Shown here: positions 29,419 to 39,853 of the stretch, piece after piece | Layout of the letters: every line of letters begins with the position of its first letter | How positions within the stretch are numbered: the stretch's first letter is position 1 | Source of the DNA: Verrucomicrobiaceae bacterium | Lineage (GTDB): Bacteria; Verrucomicrobiota; Verrucomicrobiia; Verrucomicrobiales; Akkermansiaceae | NCBI GenBank assembly: GCA_051252135.1 | Contig: JBPOGH010000007.1 | Coordinates: 1 to 64,000 of the forward strand | Reading direction: 5' to 3' | DNA: 64,000 nucleotides | Translations under genes and position numbers: made by a program | Notes under the pieces: model-generated | Database searches by the model: none | Told to the model about the DNA's origin: nothing | Seen by the model: only the letters and a program-made list of their open reading frames with translations

Positions 29419-32400
29419 ATGTCAGCAGAAGAATCCCAACAATTAGAGGGTGGAGCCTACGAGGTGATCCGGGCCCGTCTTGAAAAAGGCGGAGTGGAAC
29501 TGAGTGCCCGACTAGCGGCCCTCAATGAATCCCGTCAGGAGGTCTTTGGGGCGGTTGAGACGGAGTTGGTGGCGACCGAGCGGGTTTCGACGGAGCATAA
29601 TTGTACGCCGCGAGGGATGATCGCGGTGGGGCAAAATCGGTTTCTTTTTGGTTACAATACGCAGTTTGGGCTGAAGGCGACGACGGAGCCGGGGGATGTG
29701 TTTGCGGCGTATGATTATGATCCGGAGACGCACCGGTTTACCAGGGTGGGGCTGGAGGAGGTTCTGGGGGATTCGGGGTTTCAGGATGATTTTCACTATC
29801 TCTACAAATACTACCGGGAGACGGTTTTTCTGAAGTTTATGGTGATCGGGCCGCATCTCTTTATGGCGATGCAGGTGGGGAAGTCATTGGCCGACCTGAA
29901 GGCGTTCAAGTGGCTGATGAAGGGGGACGGGACGTTGGAGTATTTGGGGAACCGATTTGATCACGAGTACAAGTTCCCGCCTCAACAGGAGTTTGAGTGG
30001 AAGCGGGCGCATCGGGATATGCAGCGATCCGGTGAGCATCCGCACATCTCGATTGAGGATCGGGTTTTTGTAGAGACGGTGGGCGGTGATCTGACGATCA
30101 AGATCGAGGATAACACGGAAGACGGAGAGGGGATTTATCGGGAGCCGGTGACCGAACTGGATCAGACGCTGGATGATGCGGAGTTTTTCTATGCGACGGT
30201 GGGGCCGCTGATCCTGCTGAAGGTGCTTCCTTACCGGGAGGAGTTGTATCGGTATCTTGTTTTTAATGAGAAGACGCAGACGGTGCATCGGGTGGATGCG
30301 ATCGGGCATTCGTGTGTGTTGCTGCCGGATGAGCAGGGGTTGGTTTTTTCGAATGGTTATCTGCTGCTGACGGGGGAGGCGAAGTTGTTTGAGACCGAGC
30401 TGACGGACATGCGTTTTGAGCGTCGGGTGGTCAGTGCGAACGGGGAGGACACCCTTTACGTGTTCTACAACCGGGTGAGTGGCGACTACGTGCTGCTCTC
30501 GTATAACATGATTTCGCAGTCAGTGGAAACGCCGGTGATTTGCAATGGCTACACGGTGTTTCCGGATGGGCGGATGATCATTTTCCGGACGGAGGAGGAG
30601 CCTCAGAAGCATCATGCGCTGCAGGTGTGGCAGACGACTTATATTTCGGATGAGGTGGCATCCGGCCAGGCGGCGCAGTCGGAATCCTATCTTTTCAAGA
30701 TCGGGAACGCGGAGTTGGTGAGGGGGATGTCGGAGTGTCGCGAGGTGCTGACCTTGCTACGGAAGGATGACAATTATGGGGGGCTGTATCTTGATCTTGC
30801 GAAGAAGACGGGGGACATCATTGATACCTATTTTTGGTTGGGACAGGAAGAGGCGGGAAGATTGTCCGAGCCGTTGGGTGATATTCGGGCGGCGGCATCG
30901 TCGGCGATTGATGAATTTGAGAAGGTGCAGGCCTTGCGGAGGTCCACGCTGGAGCGGACGGGGGCGGTGCGGGGAGGGGTTGAGGAATTATTGCGGGCGG
31001 TGCGGCATTCTCCGCCGGATGATATTTTGGGTTTTGTGCATCATCTGGCCGAGCTCCGGAAGCGGAGGGGAGATATTATTGGGCTGCGGGAGCTGCGTTA
31101 TGCGGACTCCGGGTTGATCGATGGGTTGGAAGGTGAGGTTGCCGAGGCCACGGACAAGACGGCCCAGAAGACGGTGTCTTTTTTGCTGAAGGAAGAGTCG
31201 CTTGATCCGTATCGCCGGAAGGTGGATGAGCAGCAGGAGCGGGTGCCGAAGTTGTCGAAAGTGGTGGAGGCCGACGAGGTGACCGAAGCGTTGGACCAAG
31301 CGGGCAAGGAGCTGGAGATGCTCATCGATGTGGTGGGGAATCTCAAGATCGAGGATGCTACGCAAACGACAGCGATCATCGACAGTGTCTCCGGGATTTA
31401 TTCGACCCTGAACGGGGTGAGGGCGGAGCTGAAGAATAAGCGTAAGGATTTGGCGAAGGGAGAAGGGGTGGCGCAGTTCGGCGCGCAGATGAAGCTGCTG
31501 GGGCAGGCGGTGGTGAACTACCTGGACCTGTGTGATACGCCGGAAAAGTGTGATGAGTATCTCACGAAGGTGATGGTGCAGCTGGAGGAGCTGGAGGGGA
31601 AGTTTGCGGAGTTTGACGAGTACGTTGAAGAGCTTTCGGCGAAGCGGGAGGAGATTTATGAGGCGTTTGAGGGACGGAAGCAGTCGCTGTTAGAGAAGAA
31701 GAATCGTAGGAGCAACCAGCTGGTGAAGTCGGCGGAGCGTATTCTTTCGGGGATTAAGAACCGGTTGGGCGGGTTTGGGGAGATTAGTGAAATCAACGGT
31801 TACTTTGCCGGGGATTTGATGATCGAGAAGGTCCGTGATGTGATCGCGGAGCTGACCGCGTTGGGTGATGCGGTGAAAGGGGATGACATTCAGACGAGGC
31901 TGAAGACGACCCGAGATGATGCGATTCGGGCGTTGAAGGACCGGAAGGAACTGTTTGTTGACGGGGAGGCGATCATCAAGTTCGGGAAGCATCGTTTCTC
32001 GGTGAATGAGCAGGAGCTGGAGTTGTCGATTGTGCCCCGGGAAGGGGAGATGTGCTTTCACCTTTCGGGGACGAATTTTTTCCAGGAAGTCAGGGATGAG
32101 AAGTTCCTTTCGACCGAAGCGGTGTGGGACCAGGAAGTGGTTTCCGAGACGAAGGAAGTTTATCGGGGGGAGTGGTTGGCGTATCAGTTTTTGAAGGCCG
32201 GGATTGAGGAGGTGTCGCTGGAAGCGGTGCAGCAGTTCATGCAGCCGCGCTACAATGAGGGATACCTCAAAGGGGTGCATGATCATGATGCGCTCAAGAT
32301 TGTGGAGGTCCTGAAGCCGATGCATGAGGGGGCGGGCCTGTTGAAGTATGGGCCACGTGTGCGGGCGAAGGCGCTGATGGCCTGGGAAGAGTGGGATGGG

Positions 32401-34401
32401 GAGGAGAAGGAGGCTTTGATTGGTCGGCTGCAGTCGCACGGGGAGCGGAAGAAGGTGTTTGGGGTGAGTGAGTCGTCTGAGATTTGGAAAGATGTGTTCA
32501 TCGTTGAGATGGAAGATCGTTTTTCCGAGGAGGCGGCGGAGTATCTTTATGAGGAGCTTACGACAGGTGAGGGCTTTGTGGTGTCCCAAGCAGGGGCTGA
32601 GATTTACAAACATTTCAAGAGTGAGCTCACGGCGAAGCGGGCCGGGAAGATCTTTGAGGCGGCGCTGAAGCCATTTGCCGAGTCACTTTCGGGAAGGTTT
32701 TCGGTGGCGATGGATTGGCTGTCGGCAGTCAGTGGTGAGGATGCCACTTACGAGGCAGCCTACTGGATTGCGAGGGGCGGTTATGAGGAACGGTGGGTGC
32801 AGAGTGTGGGGCTGACGGGGGAAGTCGAAGGGCTGAAGGGATCGCACCGGCTGCTTGAGGGGGGGAGATTGGCGTTTCAGTATCATGATTTCATGGACCG
32901 GATGCGGTTCTTTGAGCAGGAGCAAGTGCCGACCTTCATGGCGTATCACGAATCCAAGCAGAACCTGGTGGATGTGAAGCGGGAGGAGATGCGGCTGGAG
33001 GAGTTTAAGCCGCGGGTGATGAGTGCCTTTGTGCGGAACCGTCTGATCAACGAGGTGTATCTGCCGATGGTGGGGGATAATCTGGCGAAGCAGATGGGGA
33101 CGGCGGGTGATGAGACGCGGACGGACCGGATGGGCCTGCTGCTGTTGATTTCACCTCCCGGTTACGGGAAGACGACCTTGATGGAATACATCGGGAATCG
33201 TCTGGGGCTGACCTTCATGAAGATCAATGGTCCGGCGCTGGGGCATCATGTGACCTCGCTGGATCCCCAGGATGCTCCGAATGCTTCTGCCCGGGAAGAG
33301 ATTGAGAAGTTGAACCTGGCGCTGGAGATGGGGGATAATGTGATGATTTATCTTGATGATATTCAGCATACGAACCCGGAGTTTTTGCAGAAATTCATCA
33401 GTCTGTGTGACGGGCAGAGGAAGATTGAGGGGGTGTTCAATGGGAAGGCCAAGACCTACGACCTCCGCGGGAAGAAAGTTGCCGTGGTGATGGCGGGGAA
33501 TCCCTATACTGAAAGTGGCGGGAAGTTCCAGATTCCCGATATGCTGGCGAACCGGGCGGATACGTATAATTTGGGCGATATTTTGGGTGATCACGAAGAG
33601 GCCTTCAAGGCGAGCTTCATTGAGAACTGTCTGACCTCGAACAGCGTGTTGAGCAAGCTGGCGAGCCGGACTCAGAAGGATGTGTATGCGGCGATGGCGA
33701 TTGCGGAGACGGGATCGAGCGAAGGGGTGGACTTTGAGGGGAACTATACGCCGGCGGAGATTGACGAATTTGCGAAGACGCTGAGGCATCTGTTCCGGGT
33801 GCGGGATTCAATTCTTCGGGTAAATATGGAGTATATCCGGAGTGCGGCGCAGGAGGATGCCTATCGGGTGGAGCCCTCGTTTAAGTTGCAGGGTTCCTAC
33901 CGGAACATGAACCGGATTGCGGAGAAGGTGATTCCGATGATGACGGCGGAGGAGGTGGAGGGCCTTATTTTCGACCATTATGAAAATGAGTCGCAAACGT
34001 TGACGACGGGAGCGGAGGCCAACTTATTGAAATTTAAGCTGATGGAGGGGGTGATGACTGAGGAGGAGGCCGCGCGCTGGGCTCAGATTAAAAAGGATTT
34101 TGGGAAGCAGAAGCTACTGGGAGGTGCGGGGGAGAATGATCCGGTGGCCCGGGTGGTGGCGCAGATGAGTCAGTTCAATGAAGGGCTGGATGCGATCGGG
34201 CAGGGGCTGAGTCGGCCACAGAGTTTGGCTGATGCGAGTATCGAGCAGCTTTCACGGATAATCGAGGGGTTGAGGGCGGTTCCGGTGCAGGTCGACATCA
34301 AAGTGGTGCCGGTGCAGGACGACGGGGATTCCATCGAGAGCATTTCGAAGGGATCCGATTCCCCGATTGATATCGAGCCTGAGGTGAGGCAGGGAGATTG
34401 A
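29419..34401 (+). CDS. 1660-aa P-loop ATPase (DUF3686, commonly labelled DNA repair ATPase)
   Basis: GGAYEVIR N-terminus, coiled coils, Walker A SPPGYGKTT, Walker B IYLDDIQH. Confidence 0.85.
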   Translation: MSAEESQQLEGGAYEVIRARLEKGGVELSARLAALNESRQEVFGAVETELVATERVSTEHNCTPRGMIAVGQNRFLFGYNTQFGLKATTEPGDVFAAYDYDPETHRFTRVGLEEVLGDSGFQDDFHYLYKYYRETVFLKFMVIGPHLFMAMQVGKSLADLKAFKWLMKGDGTLEYLGNRFDHEYKFPPQQEFEWKRAHRDMQRSGEHPHISIEDRVFVETVGGDLTIKIEDNTEDGEGIYREPVTELDQTLDDAEFFYATVGPLILLKVLPYREELYRYLVFNEKTQTVHRVDAIGHSCVLLPDEQGLVFSNGYLLLTGEAKLFETELTDMRFERRVVSANGEDTLYVFYNRVSGDYVLLSYNMISQSVETPVICNGYTVFPDGRMIIFRTEEEPQKHHALQVWQTTYISDEVASGQAAQSESYLFKIGNAELVRGMSECREVLTLLRKDDNYGGLYLDLAKKTGDIIDTYFWLGQEEAGRLSEPLGDIRAAASSAIDEFEKVQALRRSTLERTGAVRGGVEELLRAVRHSPPDDILGFVHHLAELRKRRGDIIGLRELRYADSGLIDGLEGEVAEATDKTAQKTVSFLLKEESLDPYRRKVDEQQERVPKLSKVVEADEVTEALDQAGKELEMLIDVVGNLKIEDATQTTAIIDSVSGIYSTLNGVRAELKNKRKDLAKGEGVAQFGAQMKLLGQAVVNYLDLCDTPEKCDEYLTKVMVQLEELEGKFAEFDEYVEELSAKREEIYEAFEGRKQSLLEKKNRRSNQLVKSAERILSGIKNRLGGFGEISEINGYFAGDLMIEKVRDVIAELTALGDAVKGDDIQTRLKTTRDDAIRALKDRKELFVDGEAIIKFGKHRFSVNEQELELSIVPREGEMCFHLSGTNFFQEVRDEKFLSTEAVWDQEVVSETKEVYRGEWLAYQFLKAGIEEVSLEAVQQFMQPRYNEGYLKGVHDHDALKIVEVLKPMHEGAGLLKYGPRVRAKALMAWEEWDGEEKEALIGRLQSHGERKKVFGVSESSEIWKDVFIVEMEDRFSEEAAEYLYEELTTGEGFVVSQAGAEIYKHFKSELTAKRAGKIFEAALKPFAESLSGRFSVAMDWLSAVSGEDATYEAAYWIARGGYEERWVQSVGLTGEVEGLKGSHRLLEGGRLAFQYHDFMDRMRFFEQEQVPTFMAYHESKQNLVDVKREEMRLEEFKPRVMSAFVRNRLINEVYLPMVGDNLAKQMGTAGDETRTDRMGLLLLISPPGYGKTTLMEYIGNRLGLTFMKINGPALGHHVTSLDPQDAPNASAREEIEKLNLALEMGDNVMIYLDDIQHTNPEFLQKFISLCDGQRKIEGVFNGKAKTYDLRGKKVAVVMAGNPYTESGGKFQIPDMLANRADTYNLGDILGDHEEAFKASFIENCLTSNSVLSKLASRTQKDVYAAMAIAETGSSEGVDFEGNYTPAEIDEFAKTLRHLFRVRDSILRVNMEYIRSAAQEDAYRVEPSFKLQGSYRNMNRIAEKVIPMMTAEEVEGLIFDHYENESQTLTTGAEANLLKFKLMEGVMTEEEAARWAQIKKDFGKQKLLGGAGENDPVARVVAQMSQFNEGLDAIGQGLSRPQSLADASIEQLSRIIEGLRAVPVQVDIKVVPVQDDGDSIESISKGSDSPIDIEPEVRQGD

Positions 34402-34410
34402 AGCCGGAGC

Positions 34411-34908
34411 TTACTTTCTTTGCCGCCTTGGATGCGAGTCGGAGAGGCTGACCTTTCTGGTCTTGCGGGTGGGGCTGGCAAGACCCCGGGCGTTGGCATC
34501 TTTGGAAACGTCGGCATACCTTGGGTTGACCCGGACCCGACTGGTGAATCTCTCGCCGCAGAAGGGACAGAGAAAGGATTGCGCGAAGAGAATCGAAGAG
34601 GAGAGCTTCAGGCGATAGCTTCCAAAGAAGGTCTCTGCCTTCCGGTGCTTGGAGCATTTACGCGGCATCATCATCGGGGCCTGACAGAGCTGGCAACGGC
34701 ATCTGGATCCGATGGTGAGGCTCAAGAGCCAGGTAAGGAGAGCCAGCCCGAGGGTGATTCCGGCTGTCTTGGAGTAAGACCAATCTTCCAGAACGATGGC
34801 AGCGAGAAGGAGGAGAATGGTGGCGGTCAGGCTAATTGCCGCAAGACCCAGAAGAATACTGCTTTGGACGAGTGATCGGGCCATCTGGTGACTGCGGAGA
34901 TAATGCAT
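34411..34908 (-). CDS. Hypothetical 2-TM Cys-rich (zinc-finger-like) protein, paralog A
   Basis: MHYLR, 2 TM, CRCQLCQ..KCSKH..CPFCGE. Confidence 0.75.
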   Translation of the reverse strand: MHYLRSHQMARSLVQSSILLGLAAISLTATILLLLAAIVLEDWSYSKTAGITLGLALLTWLLSLTIGSRCRCQLCQAPMMMPRKCSKHRKAETFFGSYRLKLSSSILFAQSFLCPFCGERFTSRVRVNPRYADVSKDANARGLASPTRKTRKVSLSDSHPRRQRK

Positions 34909-35091
34909 GAAGTTGGGGGTTATAAATCTGGTTGCATTAACTGACGAAACAGGCGGCCGGAATCTTCAATTTATTTGCGTGAAAATATGAGAAAATCCAC
35001 GCTCGGGATTCTATTTAAGCAATGTTGATGCCAACAATGGCAATTGTGCCCCAATGACAGGTCCCGGTCAGGTCCCGGTGGCCACACGATC

Positions 35092-35586
35092 TCACCTTTT
35101 CTTGGATGGCAAGTGTCCGGAATTTCTCACGCTGGAGATGGGACGGCGGACTTCCGCATTGGGAGTGACAATGTGCGCCGAGTTGGAGGCCAACGCGATG
35201 GGGTTGTCAGGGCGGGTACAGGAGAAGTGTTCTCCACAGCAAGGACAGGTGTATCGTCCGCAGAAGGTCACCCCCAAAGCAAGACGGAGCCGATGGCTGC
35301 CGAAAGCGGTGCGGGAGTTCTGGTGTTTGGTGCATTTCTGGGAAAGCATCATGGCTGCCTGACAGAGCTGGCAGCGGCATCTGAATGCAAAGAAGGCATT
35401 GAAGCCGGTAAAGAGAAGAAAGAGACCAAAGGCACCTCCGACAGCCCAGAGGATGTTCATCTCGTTGGTGATGACGCTCCATGCCAAGAGCCCGAAGAAG
35501 CTGACTGCGCTCAAGTAGGCGATAATGAAGCTCAAGCTGCTCATTTTGAGAGCTCTGACCATCCCCCGGTGGCGTAAGTAGTGCAT
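35092..35586 (-). CDS. Hypothetical 2-TM Cys-rich (zinc-finger-like) protein, paralog B
   Basis: MHYLR, 2 TM, CRCQLCQ..KCTKH..CPCCGE. Confidence 0.75.
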   Translation of the reverse strand: MHYLRHRGMVRALKMSSLSFIIAYLSAVSFFGLLAWSVITNEMNILWAVGGAFGLFLLFTGFNAFFAFRCRCQLCQAAMMLSQKCTKHQNSRTAFGSHRLRLALGVTFCGRYTCPCCGEHFSCTRPDNPIALASNSAHIVTPNAEVRRPISSVRNSGHLPSKKR

Positions 35587-35779
35587 ATTGCGAATTGGTT
35601 GTTGTTGAATTGCACGATGTGACCGGGGGGCGAGTGGGTCACACCAAGAGCAATGAGAACCGAACTGTTGGCCGGTTTGTAATTATTGTCGAGATAATGC
35701 GTAGAAAACTATCAACAGGTCGTTGAGAAATCCGGCAAGAATCGTTGTTTCAAAATTGGTAGCAGTTCTCCTGCCAAAA

Positions 35780-36538
35780 TTACCATGGGGTCATTCCTCC
35801 ATTTACGTGAAGGGTCTGGCCGGTGATGAAGGATGACGCTTCCGAAGCAAAGAAGGTGACAGCGTTTCCGATATCGGAGGGTGTTCCCCAGCGTCCGGCG
35901 GGGATTTGAGAGAAATAGCCGTCTTTGTCTTCCTGGGGATCGTTTGCGTGTCGCTCGACAGGGATCCAGCCGGGGGCGATCATGTTGACGGTGATGCCGT
36001 GGGGGGCGAGTTCTTTGGCCATGCTGCGGGACCATCCGATCTGCCCCCCTTTGGCGGCGACGTAGGCGGAGAAGTTGGGGTTTGAGCAGGCAAAAACCTC
36101 GGAGGTGATATTGATGAAGCGGCCCCATTTTTGGGCCTTCATGGCGGGGAGGGCGGCTTGGGCGAGGAGGAAGGGGCTGATGACGAAGAAGTCGAGCATC
36201 TGGCGGTAGAATGCTTCATCGTACTCCTCGATGGGTTTTTGGGGTTGGGGCGGGGTGGCATTGGGGACGATGATATCGACGGGGCCGAGTTCGTTGCCGG
36301 CCTGTTCGATGAGAGCTTTGACGTCCGATTCCCGGGAGACATCGGCTTTGATGGCGATGGCGGAGCCGCCGTTTGCGATGATTTCATCCGCGATCTTCTG
36401 TCCTTGCCCGATGTTGTTGAAGGCGTTGATGACGACTTTTGCTCCGGCGTTGGCGAGGCTCTGTGCGATGCCGGCGCCGAGGCCTTTGCTGCTGCCGGTT
36501 ACGAGGGCGACGTGGTTCTGGAGAGAGTGAGGATTCAT
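35780..36538 (-). CDS. SDR family oxidoreductase (FabG-like)
   Basis: TGSSKGLG, YVAAK, VNMIAPGW, ITGQTLHVNGG. Confidence 0.93.
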   Translation of the reverse strand: MNPHSLQNHVALVTGSSKGLGAGIAQSLANAGAKVVINAFNNIGQGQKIADEIIANGGSAIAIKADVSRESDVKALIEQAGNELGPVDIIVPNATPPQPQKPIEEYDEAFYRQMLDFFVISPFLLAQAALPAMKAQKWGRFINITSEVFACSNPNFSAYVAAKGGQIGWSRSMAKELAPHGITVNMIAPGWIPVERHANDPQEDKDGYFSQIPAGRWGTPSDIGNAVTFFASEASSFITGQTLHVNGGMTPW

Positions 36539-36646
36539 CGGATATGGGGAGGTTACGGAGGAGGGGTGGGAAGTAGATCAATAAAGTGGTAAAGAACGAT
36601 AGTTCTTTGTGGTTTGTAGCGTTAGAATCACGATCCCCAAAGGGGG

Positions 36647-39600
36647 ATGATGAGTGTTGAGATGAAGGGAATGGTTTCGTTTTTTGGCTATCGCGGTGCT
36701 GTCCGGGCAGGCATCGGCGTTTTTGTGGCGAGCGGTGGCTTTTTAATGGCGGAGAAGATTGGAGAGGGTGTGGTGTTTTTCGAGAGCAAAGTACGGCCAA
36801 TTTTGGTGGAGCATTGTTATCGGTGTCACTCGGAGGAGGAGGGGAAGCGGAAGGGCGGGTTGCTGCTCGATCGGAAGGCGGGTTGGATGGAGGGAGGAGA
36901 TAGCGGGGAGTCGGTTTTGAATCTGAAGGAGCCGTCGGAGAGTCTGCTGATCAAGATGGTGCATCACGATCCTGATTTTGAGGCGATGCCTCCGAAATCG
37001 AAGTTATCGGAGAAGGAGATCGGGGATTTGGTGAAGTGGGTGGAGATGGGGGCACCGGATCCCCGGGGTGAGGCGATTGGGGAATCGGTGGCGAAGGAGG
37101 CGTTTGATCTGGAAGAGCGGAGCAAGTGGTGGTCTTTGCAGCCGCTGATGGAGGTGAAGGTCCCGGAGGTGGAGGGAAAAGGATGGCCGCTGAATGAGGT
37201 GGATCGTTTTCTAAAGGTGAAGCTGGAGGAAAAGGGATGGGAGCCTGCGGGGGAGGCGCGGAAGGAAGATTTGCTGAGGAGGCTGAGTGTGACGCTGACG
37301 GGCCTGGCTCCGACGGCCGAGGAGGTGTTGGAGTATTTGGAGGATGAGGAAGAGGGGGCTTATGAGCGGCAGGTGGATCGGCTGATGGGGTCGGTTCATT
37401 TTGGTGAGCGCTTTGCGCGGCACTGGATGGATGTGGTGCGGTTTGCGGATTCGAAGGCGTTTGAGTCGGACTACACGATTCCCTACACGGCGGAGTACCG
37501 TGATTATCTGATTCGGTCCTTCAATGCGGATGTGCCGTTTGATCAGTTCGTGAAGGAGGCGTTTGCGGGTGATCTTTTGGCGGAGCCGAGGGTGGTGAAT
37601 GGGGTGAATGAGTCGGTGATGGGGCCGGGGTTCATGTTGTTTACCGATGGGCAGCATGGTCCGCCGGATATTCATGAGGATGAGGCGCGGGTCTTTGATG
37701 GGATGATCAATACGGCGACGGTGGCATTTCAGGGGCTGACGGTTTCGTGTGCGAAGTGTCATGACCATAAATTTGATGCGATCACGACGGCGGATTATTA
37801 TTCTTTTTACGGGATGCTGCGGAGTTCACGGCTGCATTATGCGAATGCGCAGGTGATTCCGGAGCATGATGCGAGCGTGGTGGCGGAGATTCAGGCGATT
37901 GAGGACGAGGTCCTGAAGGGATCGCTGGGGAAGATGGATTTTTTGCGAGAGGCTGTCGAAGTGGCGACGGCGACGGTTGCTGATCCGGAGTGGGCGGAGC
38001 GGATTGCGCAGGTGGGGAAGGCGAAGGATCGGGAGAAGGCGATGGCGGATCTGCGAACGGAGTTTCGAGAGTCGGGAGCGAATTGGTTGGCGGAAGAATG
38101 GTTTCAGTTTTTGGTGATGGATCGTCCGGCGATGGAGTTGGCGGGGTTGCGGAGGGCGCTTCTGGGTCAGAGAGTGAAGAAGGCGGGACTGATGGTGGAT
38201 CAGGGGAAGAAATTTGAGTGGGTTGCGAAGGGGGAAGGATTTGAGCGTGTGGATGAGGAGGTGTTGCTTTGGGATGCGGTGGAGACGGCGCGGATACGGG
38301 GTGGCGCGGGGCCGGGTTATGTTTCGGGGCGGGTGAGCGGAAAGCTGGACGGGACGTTGAGGAGTGGGGACTTTGTGTTGGATGGGAAGCCGGTGGAACT
38401 TTGGGTGAAGGGGCAAGGGGCGGTGGTGAATCTGATTGTGCGGAATTATGAGTTGGTGGGTTATGGGCCAACGACGAACGTGTTGCGGAAGGTGGTGAAC
38501 TCGGACTCGCCGGTGAAGCTGACTTTTCCGACGACGCTTTGGGAAGGTGAGACGGCTTATCTGGAAGTGCTTCAGCATGGCGAGGTGATGCAGTGTTATC
38601 GTGCCAAGGAAGACCTTCCGCGGATTAACGAGCGGGCCTATGCGGTGGTGCCGGACCGGGTGGATTCGGGGCGGTGGGATGTTGATTGGGGTGGGGATGT
38701 GTCGATTGTGTTGGCGCGGCTGAAGGAGTTGTTAGAGGCCGGGGAAAAGCGGGAGTTGATTGGGGCGTTGGCGGCGGAGGGATTGCTGCCTCAGGCGGAT
38801 ACGGACAGTGAGTCGGGTCGTAGCTTGGTGGCGCTTCATGGGAGCTTGCCGAAGCCGCGGTACGTGCGGACGTTGACCGACGGGCCGGGGATGGAGCAGC
38901 GGGTTTATGTCCGTGGGAATCATAAGTCGGAGAGTAAGGAGGCGAATCCGAAGCGATTCATGGATGCGTTTGGAGGAACACATTTTGAGGAGAAGGGGAG
39001 CGGGCGGCTTGAGTATGCGGAGCATCTGTTGACGACGGGGCAGGCGTTGACGGCGCGGGTGCGGGTGAATCGGATTTGGTCGCGGATTTTTGGGCAGGGC
39101 TTGGTCTCATCGGTTGATGATTTTGGAAAGATGGGGACGGCGCCGAGCCATCCCGAGTTGCTGGATTATTTGGCGGGGGAGTTTGTGAAGAACGGGTGGT
39201 CGACGAAGTGGCTGATTCGGAAGCTGGTGACGACGCGGGCATTTCAGATGTCATCGAAGCGTGGGTCCGAGGTGATGGAGGCTGATCCGGGAAACATTTT
39301 TCTACAGCATATGCCGCTGCAGCGGATGGATGCGGAGTCGGTGCGGGATCATCTGTTGGCGGTGAGCGGGAATTTGAAGGAAGATGTTTTTGGTCCTGCC
39401 GTGGGTCCGTGGGTGGGGGATTTGCCGGGGTCCCGGGCGAGTCCCCGAAATGGTCCATTGGATGGGGCGGGACGACGGTCGATTTATCAGCAGATGCGGC
39501 GGAACTTTTTGCCTTCGTTTCAGCGGGCCTTCAATTTGCCGCTTCCGGTGGCGCCGGTGGGGCAGCGGCAGGTGACGAATGTGCCGGCACAGGCTTTGGC

Positions 39601-39853
39601 GCTGTTGAACCATCCGCTGGTGATTCAGCAGGCGGAGGGATGGGCCAAGAGATTGGAAGCATCGAGTGATGATGTGGAGGAGCGGATTCGCTTGATGCAT
39701 TTGCAGGGGTTCTCGCGGGAGGCGACGGAGCGGGAAGTGCGTTGGGCGAAGGGTGCTTTGGAGGAGTTTTTGAAAGAGGAGGATCAGGCGAAGGCCTGGG
39801 TCTCGCTGTGTCATGTGATGATGAATCGAAAGGAGTTTATTTATGTCTTCTAG
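36647..39853 (+). CDS. Planctomycete cytochrome c + DUF1549 + DUF1553 (PSD1) protein
   Basis: FFESKVRPIL..CYRCH, WMDVVRFADS, CAKCHDHKFD, VNRIW..FGQGLV, PSHPELLDYLA; start uncertain. Confidence 0.9.
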   Translation: MMSVEMKGMVSFFGYRGAVRAGIGVFVASGGFLMAEKIGEGVVFFESKVRPILVEHCYRCHSEEEGKRKGGLLLDRKAGWMEGGDSGESVLNLKEPSESLLIKMVHHDPDFEAMPPKSKLSEKEIGDLVKWVEMGAPDPRGEAIGESVAKEAFDLEERSKWWSLQPLMEVKVPEVEGKGWPLNEVDRFLKVKLEEKGWEPAGEARKEDLLRRLSVTLTGLAPTAEEVLEYLEDEEEGAYERQVDRLMGSVHFGERFARHWMDVVRFADSKAFESDYTIPYTAEYRDYLIRSFNADVPFDQFVKEAFAGDLLAEPRVVNGVNESVMGPGFMLFTDGQHGPPDIHEDEARVFDGMINTATVAFQGLTVSCAKCHDHKFDAITTADYYSFYGMLRSSRLHYANAQVIPEHDASVVAEIQAIEDEVLKGSLGKMDFLREAVEVATATVADPEWAERIAQVGKAKDREKAMADLRTEFRESGANWLAEEWFQFLVMDRPAMELAGLRRALLGQRVKKAGLMVDQGKKFEWVAKGEGFERVDEEVLLWDAVETARIRGGAGPGYVSGRVSGKLDGTLRSGDFVLDGKPVELWVKGQGAVVNLIVRNYELVGYGPTTNVLRKVVNSDSPVKLTFPTTLWEGETAYLEVLQHGEVMQCYRAKEDLPRINERAYAVVPDRVDSGRWDVDWGGDVSIVLARLKELLEAGEKRELIGALAAEGLLPQADTDSESGRSLVALHGSLPKPRYVRTLTDGPGMEQRVYVRGNHKSESKEANPKRFMDAFGGTHFEEKGSGRLEYAEHLLTTGQALTARVRVNRIWSRIFGQGLVSSVDDFGKMGTAPSHPELLDYLAGEFVKNGWSTKWLIRKLVTTRAFQMSSKRGSEVMEADPGNIFLQHMPLQRMDAESVRDHLLAVSGNLKEDVFGPAVGPWVGDLPGSRASPRNGPLDGAGRRSIYQQMRRNFLPSFQRAFNLPLPVAPVGQRQVTNVPAQALALLNHPLVIQQAEGWAKRLEASSDDVEERIRLMHLQGFSREATEREVRWAKGALEEFLKEEDQAKAWVSLCHVMMNRKEFIYVF

